From Amphiscolops sp. MND2022 (Eukaryota): DNA of 64,000 nucleotides. Within the stretch, counting starts at the first letter, position 1. Every line of letters begins with the position of its first letter. The notes beneath the pieces are model-generated. The model made no database searches, was not told the origin of the DNA, and saw only the letters and a list, made by a program, of their open reading frames with translations. The DNA lies in contig OZ076413.1 of assembly GCA_964187785.1 (NCBI GenBank), positions 48,920,001 to 48,984,000 of the forward strand. The letters are read 5' to 3'. Below, one piece after another: positions 25,086 to 33,900 of this stretch. The position numbers and the translations under genes were made by a program.

Positions 25086-25511
25086 CTAAAAGGCTACCAA
25101 ATTGAAAATGGAGGGAACAAACAATTTCAAGTAGAGACAATACAAAAGTCCAGTCACGTGACCCAATAAACACGAGTTTGGACCTCGACCAATCATATAA
25201 CAGTATCCTGGACCTTTGCCGTTGTGTAAATAAACAGCGCCGGCAGCGTCATGTAGTATTGCATGTAGTCTAAACACTTTGGAAAAACGGAAAATTTTGT
25301 CCAAGTGAGAGTCTCCATAACCAATCAATCCTCCAAATGGAAATTCTTGGTCCATTTCGTGGAGTGAAATGTTCTCGTCCAAGCAATGACATACACAAAG
25401 AAACAAATTTTTACGTACAGTATTCTTTGTGAAGCAAATTTTCAATCCAGAGTAAAAGCGAAATACGTTGACTAGAAACAGTACGTCCATTTCGGGTAAG
25501 AAACAACTCAA
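25086..25511 (-). CDS. Hypothetical protein, possibly phospholipase A2-like
   Basis: 141 aa. LD...AILHDAAG and GPGYCY resemble viral PLA2 motifs but in non-canonical order. Hydrophobic C-terminus. Start overlaps the upstream stop (ATGA). Confidence 0.45.
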   Translation of the reverse strand: MSCFLPEMDVLFLVNVFRFYSGLKICFTKNTVRKNLFLCVCHCLDENISLHEMDQEFPFGGLIGYGDSHLDKIFRFSKVFRLHAILHDAAGAVYLHNGKGPGYCYMIGRGPNSCLLGHVTGLLYCLYLKLFVPSIFNLVAF

Positions 25512-25921
25512 TTATGAATTGTGGATTCATCCAATACGATGCATCGCTTATAGAATGTATCCAAGTAGCTTAAAAGATACAATCGTTTAGCAAGTAGTGT
25601 CTTGTACTCTGTTAGCTTTAATTCAATTTCAGTATCCTTGAGGTACGTATTATTGCGATAACGATACACTACAATGTCTACTTTGTCTGTATCAGTTTGA
25701 AATCCTACGCAAATTTTACGTCTACCATTGTAAATTGTCCATTTAAGGCAAGAAATTTCGTCCTCGCATTGTTCGAGCTCTGGTAATTGTTGCAATTCGG
25801 CTATTGTTAGAGTAATTTTTGTGGGAGATGATTTTGTTGTTGTAAGGACAACATGATAAAGTCCCAATTTTGTTTTTAATCTGAGAAACAAGTTTCTATT
25901 TTCCCCAATGTTCCAACTCAT
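25508..25921 (-). CDS. Hypothetical protein, putative tandem PC4-like ssDNA-binding fold
   Basis: 137 aa. Two strand-strand-helix units ending KITLTIAELQQL and VDIVVYRY...EIELKLTEYKTL, like the PC4 VDIR...GISLxxxxW pattern. Confidence 0.5.
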   Translation of the reverse strand: MSWNIGENRNLFLRLKTKLGLYHVVLTTTKSSPTKITLTIAELQQLPELEQCEDEISCLKWTIYNGRRKICVGFQTDTDKVDIVVYRYRNNTYLKDTEIELKLTEYKTLLAKRLYLLSYLDTFYKRCIVLDESTIHN

Positions 25922-25976
25922 TCTTACTAGGTTGAATGAAAAATGAAAGTTGTATGAAAAAGAATTTGCAATTTAT

Positions 25977-26555
25977 TCAAACAATATTACAAAGTGGTTT
26001 GTTATCAAGTACTTGATCACAAACAGAATTCATTACATCTAGTAAATATATAAATTCATCAATTTTATAGTTCACATAGACAAGTTGTTGAAAATTTTCT
26101 TCCTCCGTCCTGCGTGTAAAGAGTCGTATCTGCGCTTAGGATGTTTCGGGATTGTCCTCTTTGTAGCGCAGCAATGTAACGCACACTTTGCGCTTGGCTC
26201 CCTCTGCAATCTCAATCACTTTGTGAACGTGCTTTAGTTGTTCGTCAATGTCTCTTGACAGCCCAACAACATTGATGTAAGGCAAATTTTCCTCCTTTGT
26301 AAAGTTGTCGGCAGCAACAATCAACTGATTCCGCAACCTCAAGAACTGCTTAAAGTCGTATTGTCCCAGCGAAACACATTGATATCGCTTGAATTCGTTG
26401 GCAATGTCTTTTTTAAAGACTTTAAATTGCACCTCCAAGTAATTCTTTTCATTTTTGGACCATGAAAATCGTCCAAATCGGTCTTGGTGCTTGCCAAAGT
26501 CCACAAAGTCGGTGCAAAGTGATTTGTCCAAAGTTGCATTCATTGCAGATTCCAT
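25977..26555 (-). pseudogene. Putative tandem PC4-like protein interrupted by one in-frame TAA (26136-26138)
   Basis: The frame continues 52 codons past the stop (AQIRLFTRRTEEENFQQLVYVNYKIDEFIYLLDVMNSVCDQVLDNKPLCNIV) to a TGA at 25977-25979 that overlaps AATAAA. First ATG at 26555. Confidence 0.65.
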
Positions 26556-26791
26556 TTCGCGGCTGGTTCTTGTCAAGAGTAAGTTCTGGGTGAGAAGGGG
26601 TTGATCGTAGTAATCGTCGAGGTTGTCGTTGGGTTCTGGAACAGGCAAATTTGTTTAGCGATTCAGAATGAAATTATGATTGGAAATGAAAATGTACTTG
26701 CTTTTATACTACTTTGGTCACGTGACTGTTCCATATTTGGAAATGTTTACGCCTCGTTTTCCATAAAAGGAAGACATTTCCTTTTAAGGTA

Positions 26792-27502
26792 ATGTTTGTG
26801 CGCTGTCATTCAAAATTTGTATGTCATCCTTCCTTTTTAGGTAATGATTGCATTTCCTTTTATGGAAATCACGTGACTATTCCTTTTAAGGTAACAATTC
26901 CATCTTTTCAGATTCATTTTGTTCAACAAAAACACAACGTTCAGATGGCTGCTGTAATGATGCAAGTTGTTCCAAGTTTTTACTCTGTATACTCTACAAA
27001 GAGTGTACACATTTGTGCAAACACATATGAAAAGTATCTTGTCAGCAAAGACTATTGTGTTGCACAACACGAAGATTCCATGTGTACTGTTCCCAATTGT
27101 AAATATCACATTTTGCTCATTGCAGAGAAGGATATCAATGTCTTGATGGAAAAATTGGACACTTTTTGTTTTACATATCAGTTGGTCGACTGCCTTTACA
27201 CATTATTCAAGTATCGCTTTCATGGAAAGATTGTTACCAAAAACGGACAAGTGTTTGACAATATTGAACGAGCTGTACGATTCAATCAACGCCACAAGAC
27301 GGTTGAAAGAATGCCGAGTATAGCAAAAAAGAGATTGTTGCGTAAAAAATACAAGAGACATTTACTGAGTTCGTTGCAAAAGACAATTTCAACACAGACG
27401 AGTGGATCAGTATTTGCAGACAGGATTGAACAAGTTAAAAAGACAAAATTGGAAGTAGAACTAATAAAAAATTGTAGATTGTTTTTTAGATGGTTACGGT
27501 AA
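26792..27502 (+). CDS. Maverick hypothetical protein (Cys/His cluster, basic C-terminus); true start may be MAAVMM at 26945
   Basis: 236-aa ORF containing CVAQH...CTVPNCKYH and the NLS-like KKRLLRKKYKR. Confidence 0.6.
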   Translation: MFVRCHSKFVCHPSFLGNDCISFYGNHVTIPFKVTIPSFQIHFVQQKHNVQMAAVMMQVVPSFYSVYSTKSVHICANTYEKYLVSKDYCVAQHEDSMCTVPNCKYHILLIAEKDINVLMEKLDTFCFTYQLVDCLYTLFKYRFHGKIVTKNGQVFDNIERAVRFNQRHKTVERMPSIAKKRLLRKKYKRHLLSSLQKTISTQTSGSVFADRIEQVKKTKLEVELIKNCRLFFRWLR

Positions 27503-27546
27503 TTATGATAGTAATTTAGTATCTTTTAAAATTAAATCTTTGTAAA

Positions 27547-27729
27547 CTAACCACTGTTTTCTTCAACGAAATGAGACTTGTAGAGGTCAATAGGAAGTCT
27601 CAACATGACAATAAATAGACCAATGAGAGCAGCAATTGCAGCAACGGCTAGTAGGAACAACAAGAATGCTCCAATAGTATAAATCGTCCACTTTACTAAG
27701 TCACAAAAGTCGTCGGAACACTTGCTCAT
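27547..27729 (-). CDS. Small membrane protein, 60 aa
   Basis: About 30-residue hydrophobic stretch. TCAGTC initiator-like motif just upstream of the ATG, as for the neighbouring EGF gene. Confidence 0.55.
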   Translation of the reverse strand: MSKCSDDFCDLVKWTIYTIGAFLLFLLAVAAIAALIGLFIVMLRLPIDLYKSHFVEENSG

Positions 27730-27767
27730 TTTTGACTGAAATTAAAATGCACACTTTTACAAGTAAA

Positions 27768-28135
27768 ATTTTACAACGTGTTTTATTTTTTTGGAAAAAT
27801 TTTACAACGTGTTTTATTTTTTTGGGAAAATTTTACAACGTGTTTCATTTTACACGAGATGAAAAAATTAAAAAGACTGATTTGGAAGGTGTTTTTATTT
27901 TTAAAAAGACAAGTTTTTACCCATTTTACTCCGTAAAAACGACAAATTTTGCACTTGCGATACAGTTTTAAAAAGACAGATTTTGAAGCAAAAATTTTTA
28001 CTTCTTGTCTGATTTTAAAGTAGAATTTTTACAACGTGTCGTATTTTTTTGGGAAATTTTTACAACGTGTCGTATTTTTTTGGGAAAATTTTACAACGCG
28101 TCTGATTTTAACTTGAAATTTTTGCAACGTGTCAG
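27768..28135. repeat. Cluster of seven TTTT(A/G)CAACG(T/C)GT repeats in the Maverick non-coding spacer
   Basis: Two groups of ~30-bp-period units (about 27768-27845 and 28025-28135). Confidence 0.85.
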
Positions 28136-28173
28136 ATTTTAATTGAGAAATGTTTTGCACAAGACTAACATTC

Positions 28174-28422
28174 CTAATACCACCACAAGAACTTTTCACA
28201 GCGTTTCCCTCCGTAAAGTGGTGGACAAAGGCAACCTATAATGTTTTCCTCCACATGACTAAAACATTCTCCTTCGTTCATACAATAGTCTTTGTACTCT
28301 TCAATGCAGGGATCGGGATTTCGTCCCATTTTTTCTGTAGTCCTTACTGTATATATAAACAAGCTAGTAGTTATGACAATAAAAAACGCTCCTACTAATA
28401 CTTTTGCTAGAGTCTCACTCAT
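28174..28422 (-). CDS. EGF-family (EGFR-ligand-like) growth factor with N-terminal signal/anchor, 82 aa
   Basis: Hydrophobic residues 8-26, then C-x7-C-x5-C-x10-C-x-C-x8-C (C39-C75), with Tyr before the second Cys and YGGKRCE at the end. Intronless and inside the Maverick. Confidence 0.88.
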   Translation of the reverse strand: MSETLAKVLVGAFFIVITTSLFIYTVRTTEKMGRNPDPCIEEYKDYCMNEGECFSHVEENIIGCLCPPLYGGKRCEKFLWWY

Positions 28423-28488
28423 AACGACTGATTTGAAAAAGAAATTGTGAATAATAAAAATTCAATTTAATACACACAATAAATACAA

Positions 28489-29067
28489 TTATTCAAACAA
28501 ACTACGATACACAGAGTTTGGTATATTTTCCAGTCGTGTCCCAAATGGACGGCTCAGGGATCTATGCAGTGGTGGTGGTTGCAGGGGTCTCTGCGACTCG
28601 GGTGCTGTGGGGTACTCGTTCTCTTTATCTTGTTCATCGTCAATCTCTATGGGGTAGTCTGCGCTTCCAGCAACAGGAATATTTTCAAACAGTGACGGAG
28701 AGAAGGGAGTATCAATGCCTGGTCGATACACAGCATCCATGTCTATGTTCGGATTCTCCCAATGGAACTGAATATCATCCAAGTCACTGGGAACGAAATC
28801 GCTGCTTACTTCGTGGTCACCAACGCTGGCCCGGACCTCGTCTTGCATCTCCCACGTGCCTTGCTGATTGGGAGTTATGGGGACGCGAGCTAAATGGTTG
28901 TCCAGAAACTGTTGTCTTTGATTTATCAAAGAGTTGAAGGCTGCGATTGGAAGTTCCAAGGAGGAAATTGTCAAGTCTTGGACCATATCTTTCACTATGA
29001 TTGTGACAGAGTCCGGTGAAAAGTCCAGAGTCCACTGGGTTCCGTTGTTGGAGACTGAGAAGAACAT
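28489..29067 (-). CDS. Maverick hypothetical protein with acidic/proline-rich tail, 192 aa
   Basis: Clean ORF with upstream TATAAAG and TCATTT motifs. PIEIDDE is a SUMO-interaction-like motif. Confidence 0.65.
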   Translation of the reverse strand: MFFSVSNNGTQWTLDFSPDSVTIIVKDMVQDLTISSLELPIAAFNSLINQRQQFLDNHLARVPITPNQQGTWEMQDEVRASVGDHEVSSDFVPSDLDDIQFHWENPNIDMDAVYRPGIDTPFSPSLFENIPVAGSADYPIEIDDEQDKENEYPTAPESQRPLQPPPLHRSLSRPFGTRLENIPNSVYRSLFE

Positions 29068-29210
29068 TGTTGTTGTTGTTGTTGTAGAGCGTGTTGATTG
29101 TAGAGCGTGTTGATTGTAGTGAGTTTTGAAATGAAATGAATTCTAGTTGCTTGAAAAATGACTTTATAAGGATATTGAACAGCCAATAGGAATTTGACAC
29201 GATCATTTCC

Positions 29211-29576
29211 CTACATGGACTTGATCTTTTTTGCTGGAGGTTCTTCTGTGCGTTGATTGGTTGGTTTTTTTCTAAGGAATTGTCGTAGAAATTCCATTCC
29301 TTTGTCGTTCTCGATTCGTTCTTTTTGTTCTCGTTCGTAATCCATTGTCGTCTTGGCTCTGAATGCATAGATACCAGCATCTTTTAACAGAGTCATTTGT
29401 AATTGATCCTTAAAAGGAATACCCTGCACAAGACAATCAGCGTCACACTTTGGACAACTGTAATGATAATGTTCTTCAGAATCCTCCTTGCAGTAATGTT
29501 CGAATATGCATTTTTGAAGCTCACATTCAGGGCAGTAAACGTTCCCGATTGTATTTATAACTGCGTTGAGCTCCAT
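29211..29576 (-). CDS. Cys/His-rich putative zinc-binding protein with C-terminal NLS, 121 aa
   Basis: CPEC..C..HYC...CPKC...C and terminal PPAKKIK. Start overlaps the upstream stop (TAATG). Confidence 0.65.
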   Translation of the reverse strand: MELNAVINTIGNVYCPECELQKCIFEHYCKEDSEEHYHYSCPKCDADCLVQGIPFKDQLQMTLLKDAGIYAFRAKTTMDYEREQKERIENDKGMEFLRQFLRKKPTNQRTEEPPAKKIKSM

Positions 29577-30202
29577 TAGACGTCGTAGTTGCTTTCAATG
29601 ATTCCGCTCTTGCTCGATATAAAGTAGCGGTCCTTATACAGTTCGTACAGTTCGTTGTGACTGAGGTTGACAATTTCTGTCAATACAAACTGATTTCCCC
29701 TATATAGAAACTTTTTCAATGAAAAACAACAATTCTTGTCTTTTTCAAAGCGCAAAGACAAACGCAAATGACGATCAGTATGCTCTTTTATATCTAGATA
29801 ATAGTGTGAGAAGAGTTCGTCCTTCCACAGCGTAAAGCCAATCTCTTGTAATGGTTTCGGTAGGGGGTATAGAGTTGCCTTTCGTGCGTGGTCGTACTGT
29901 TTTAAAAAGTGACGCAGTCTGTTGAGGGTCGCAGCGAGCTCTTTTTTCGTGATGGAAATTTCCTCGTCAAGGAAAAAGCGTTGTTGAGCTTTCAAGTCGC
30001 AAAATTTAAAAACTTTGATTGCAAATAAATTTTTATTGGACCCCTTGCTGACTCGCACGAGACGATTGTCCGTCTTTGTAATGTCCAATATGTTGCGATA
30101 AAAGTACGAGTCAACGTCAGCTTCGTCCAAAGTTTGTTCTGGAACGTCTTCGTAAATTGAATACAGCAAAGATAGAGATGGAAGTTGTTGTTTAACAGAC
30201 AT
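29576..30202 (-). CDS. Hypothetical protein, putative tandem PC4-like fold
   Basis: ATG (MSVKQQ) at 30202. Two internal repeats: FAIKVFKF...EEISITKKEL and FSLKKFLY...EIVNLSHNEL. Confidence 0.6.
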   Translation of the reverse strand: MSVKQQLPSLSLLYSIYEDVPEQTLDEADVDSYFYRNILDITKTDNRLVRVSKGSNKNLFAIKVFKFCDLKAQQRFFLDEEISITKKELAATLNRLRHFLKQYDHARKATLYPLPKPLQEIGFTLWKDELFSHYYLDIKEHTDRHLRLSLRFEKDKNCCFSLKKFLYRGNQFVLTEIVNLSHNELYELYKDRYFISSKSGIIESNYDV

Positions 30203-30468
30203 GAACTGCTCTAAAAGAAAGTTTAAATTAAAATGAATAAAGAAATTTAGTGTAGTGGATAAAAGCAAGGCCTACGTCGCCGCAATATTATGACAATGCG
30301 ATAAACAGCACGTGACTTTGCTTTTAACCACTACGCTAACAGTGTGGTTTATTTCCATTTATGGAAAGAAATTAAAGATGAAAGGGTAACCAGCTGTCAC
30401 CTACCCACGCTATTTAACTTTTATCGTTGGATAATTAATCCAATTGAGAGGTTTTCCCAGACTTATCG

Positions 30469-30604
30469 ACGTCTTTGCGAGGGAATTTGTTCCACTTGAG
30501 TGATTTTCTCAGACACTGTGGCGTCCCTTGAGGGAAATATGTTCCACTTGAGTGGTTTTCGCAGACAGTGTGGCGTCCCCTGAGGGACACGTGTTCCACT
30601 TGAG
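30469..30604. promoter_or_regulatory. Three ~50-bp direct repeats in the divergent intergenic region upstream of pPolB
   Basis: GAGGGA-n-TGTTCCACTTGAG occurs three times, with CAGACA(C/G)TGTGGCGTCCC linkers, between divergent ORFs. Regulatory role is inferred from position. Confidence 0.55.
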
Positions 30605-30901
30605 CAATTAACTTTCAAGGAGATTAAAAGTGATTGACAGGTACTTGAGAGGGAACGCTGAGGCTAGTGCGTAATTACTTTTTCCTTTTATGGTAGGCTA
30701 ACTTTTCCTTTTATGGTTCAATGACTCACGCCTTCCGTATATGGATGAGCAATTACATAAACAGAATTTTCAACCATTTTCATATCATTATTCATTTCAC
30801 TTTTCTGCACTTTAGTTGCTTGCTCTCAGATACTTACAATTTTCTGTTACAATTCCATTTACTTGCTTTCAGATAGCGACTTGTTACATTATCTGCTCAA
30901 G

Positions 30902-33900
30902 ATGCCTGCCCTTGATCGAAATGCAAAGGTTGCCTGCGACAATTGTGCAACTCTAGTCTCAAAACAAAACCTTGCAAAACACAAAAAGAAATGTTCAGTT
31001 GGGACATTATATTGCTCTCAATGTCCCAATTTCTCAACCAAGTCCCAAAATGACTTGAATTACCACATTGCAAAGAAGCATGGGACTTCCAACCCTAAAA
31101 CGACACACATTTGTAAAGTGTGTAAAGAAGAATTCGCTGGCTTTTATGCACTACGTCAACACAAAAGTAAAATGCACGGTCTTAATTTGAAGAAAGACGA
31201 TTCGTCTCCCCTTGTGGATGATATCGATGATCACAGTCTCAAAGAAGAGCTACGTGCATGTGAACACTTTCTCGTGGACTCTGAATTTGAACGTGGGCGA
31301 CATAAAGTGTTTAATTACGCTGTGGAGACACTAAACACGGAAATTGTCAATGATAAACTTGATAATTTCTTTTACAACTTGAAATGTGCCGCAAAAGTTA
31401 ACCTCGCATTTGGATTCATTTTAAAAAATTTGGAAGATGGACGTTACCGATATTTCTACGCGCACGAAAACAATACTCTGTTGGATCGATCTCAACTTGT
31501 GTGCACCAAAGACGACTTGACAAAATTGAAAAACATTGTCAATCAAACTGACGTAATCGAATCTTGTACCGCAGAAAGGATGAATACAAAGTGGAGGTTT
31601 TATAAGCTCACCAATTTAACTGTGTTTGCTGCTTTGCTCAAAGACATTCCCATGGGTTGTAGAGATGCTGTACTCCCTGATCCACTACTGAAAAACCATA
31701 CTGTGAACTGTTTGACATTCGAGCAGAACACTAGACAACCCTATAACGACAACTTGTGTTTATTCAGAGCATTAGCACTTCATCTCCACGGAAATGAAAA
31801 ATTGGAGGAAGAGACTTGCAAATTGTTCAATTGTTATTTGGAAAAGAAAGGAGGAATAGAACCAGCAACCTTCCAAGGAGTCTGCGTGGACGATATTCCT
31901 CTTGTTGAAGACCTGATTCAAGTCAATATCTTTCTTTACGATATCGATATTGTGGATGGATCAATTGTTGGTGAACTCGCACGGAGGAGTGTTCAGAAGT
32001 ATTGCAACACTGTCAGATTATTGCGTTACAATAACCACATTTGTTACGTCTCCAATATCAATGCATTATTTAAAGCTTATCGTTGTTCAACTTGTAACCA
32101 GTTTTTCAACAAAACTGGAAACTTGGAACGTCACTTGGTAATTTGCAAGGATCGGATCAAACACGTTTATCCGAGAAATGTTTATCAATTGAGGGAAACG
32201 CTGTTTGATAAACTGGACTTCTTTTCCATACCTTTCACAAAAGAACAGCAATTGTTCAAAAACTTGGCCGTCTTTGACTTTGAATCAATTTGTGTGAGAG
32301 AGGAACAATTCAAGGATACCGAGACAACACAGTGGATTGGGAAGCACGTGCCGATATCTGTATCTATATCGTCCAGCTTGATTGAAACCCCATTATTTCT
32401 TTGCAATTCCAACCCGCAAGATTTGGTTGAATCTTTTGTTGTTGCTCTGGAGAGTTTAGCCGCACAGAGCAAAGCTCAAATGAAACTACAGTTTTTAGAT
32501 ATCGAGACCAGCATCAAAAGCCGTCTTAATGCAATTTTTGCTGTACTCAATGAAAGACGTGGTCCACTAGAAACTGTGTTGGAATTTGAAGACGAATGTC
32601 TTGAGGTTGAAGAAAAAGACGTTTCTACTCAGTTCTTGCAAATGCAAAAGAATCAACTCCTTGACTTGCAGGAACACTTGGAAAGATATTGCAACGTGTT
32701 ACCAGTCTTTGGCTTCAATAGTTCCAAATACGACATTAACCTTATCAAGCGTTATTTGTTACCCTTATTGGTTAACGAGAGAGAGCTGGAGCCAACAGTA
32801 ATTAAAAAAGCGAATCAATTTGTCTCTTTCAAGTTTGGAGATGTTCAGTTGCTGGATATTCTGAATTTCTTGGGTGGAGCAACCAGCCTTGATTCCTTCC
32901 TCAAAGCTTACAAGACGTCAGAGACGAAAGGTTACTTCCCATATGAATGGTTCGACTGTCCTGAAAAGCTGAATGATACGCAATTACCTCCATATGAATC
33001 ATTTTTCAACAAGTTGCGAAATTCAAACCCCCTGGAGAGTGATTATACTGAATATGAAAAATTGCTACAGAGTGGCTCATCTCCAGAGTCTGCCCTGAGC
33101 AAGATGCGCTTGAGTCAGCCTCCACTCACAGGGAAGCAAAATTATGAGTATCTCGTCAATTTATGGGAGAGTGAGAAAATGACTACGTTCAAAGACTTTT
33201 TGCGCTGGTACAATAACAAGGACGTCGTTCCCACACTGGAGGCTATGCAGAAAATGATTGCATTTTACCACCACAAAGGAATTGATATGTTGAAGCTTGG
33301 TTGTACGTTACCCAATTTGGCCAACATATGTCTCCACAAGTCAACAAATGCGAAATTTTATCCTTTCACAGAGAACGATAAAGACTTGCTTGAAAAAATA
33401 CGAGACGACATGGTTGGCGGTCCATCCATTGTATTTACAAGAAAAGCTGTTGTGAACGAGACACTTATCCGGGATTCAGCAAACGTTTGTAAATCAATAG
33501 TAGGCATTGATGCTAGCCAGCTTTACCCCTTCTCAATGTGCCAGGAAATGCCTACTGGTCTTTACACGCGATGGGATCTCGATCCAGAGTCTGGTAGATT
33601 CAGACCCCGTCAGAACAAGACGAGGAGCTTTGAGAACATGGTAATGTCTTACTATCAACGAATCAGACCAGACTGTAAAATTGTCAGCTTTTACACCACA
33701 GGAACACAGAAAAAGATTGACTGCTTCAGCGTTGACGGTTTCTGTGAACATTGTAACACTGTATTTGAAGCTATGGGGTGTTATTATCATTACTGTCCCT
33801 GTCAAGAAGCACGTCCTTCTCTTACAGAGGAAGAGATTCAGAGGGGAACGAAAAAGAGAGAGATGGATGAGTTGCGAAGACATTATTTAATGGAAAAGGG

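Noticed and set aside
28817..29380. 187-aa ORF bridging two Maverick genes, and other antisense or nested ORFs inside the element
   Set aside because: Alternative-frame shadows of better-supported ORFs, mostly with non-ATG starts.
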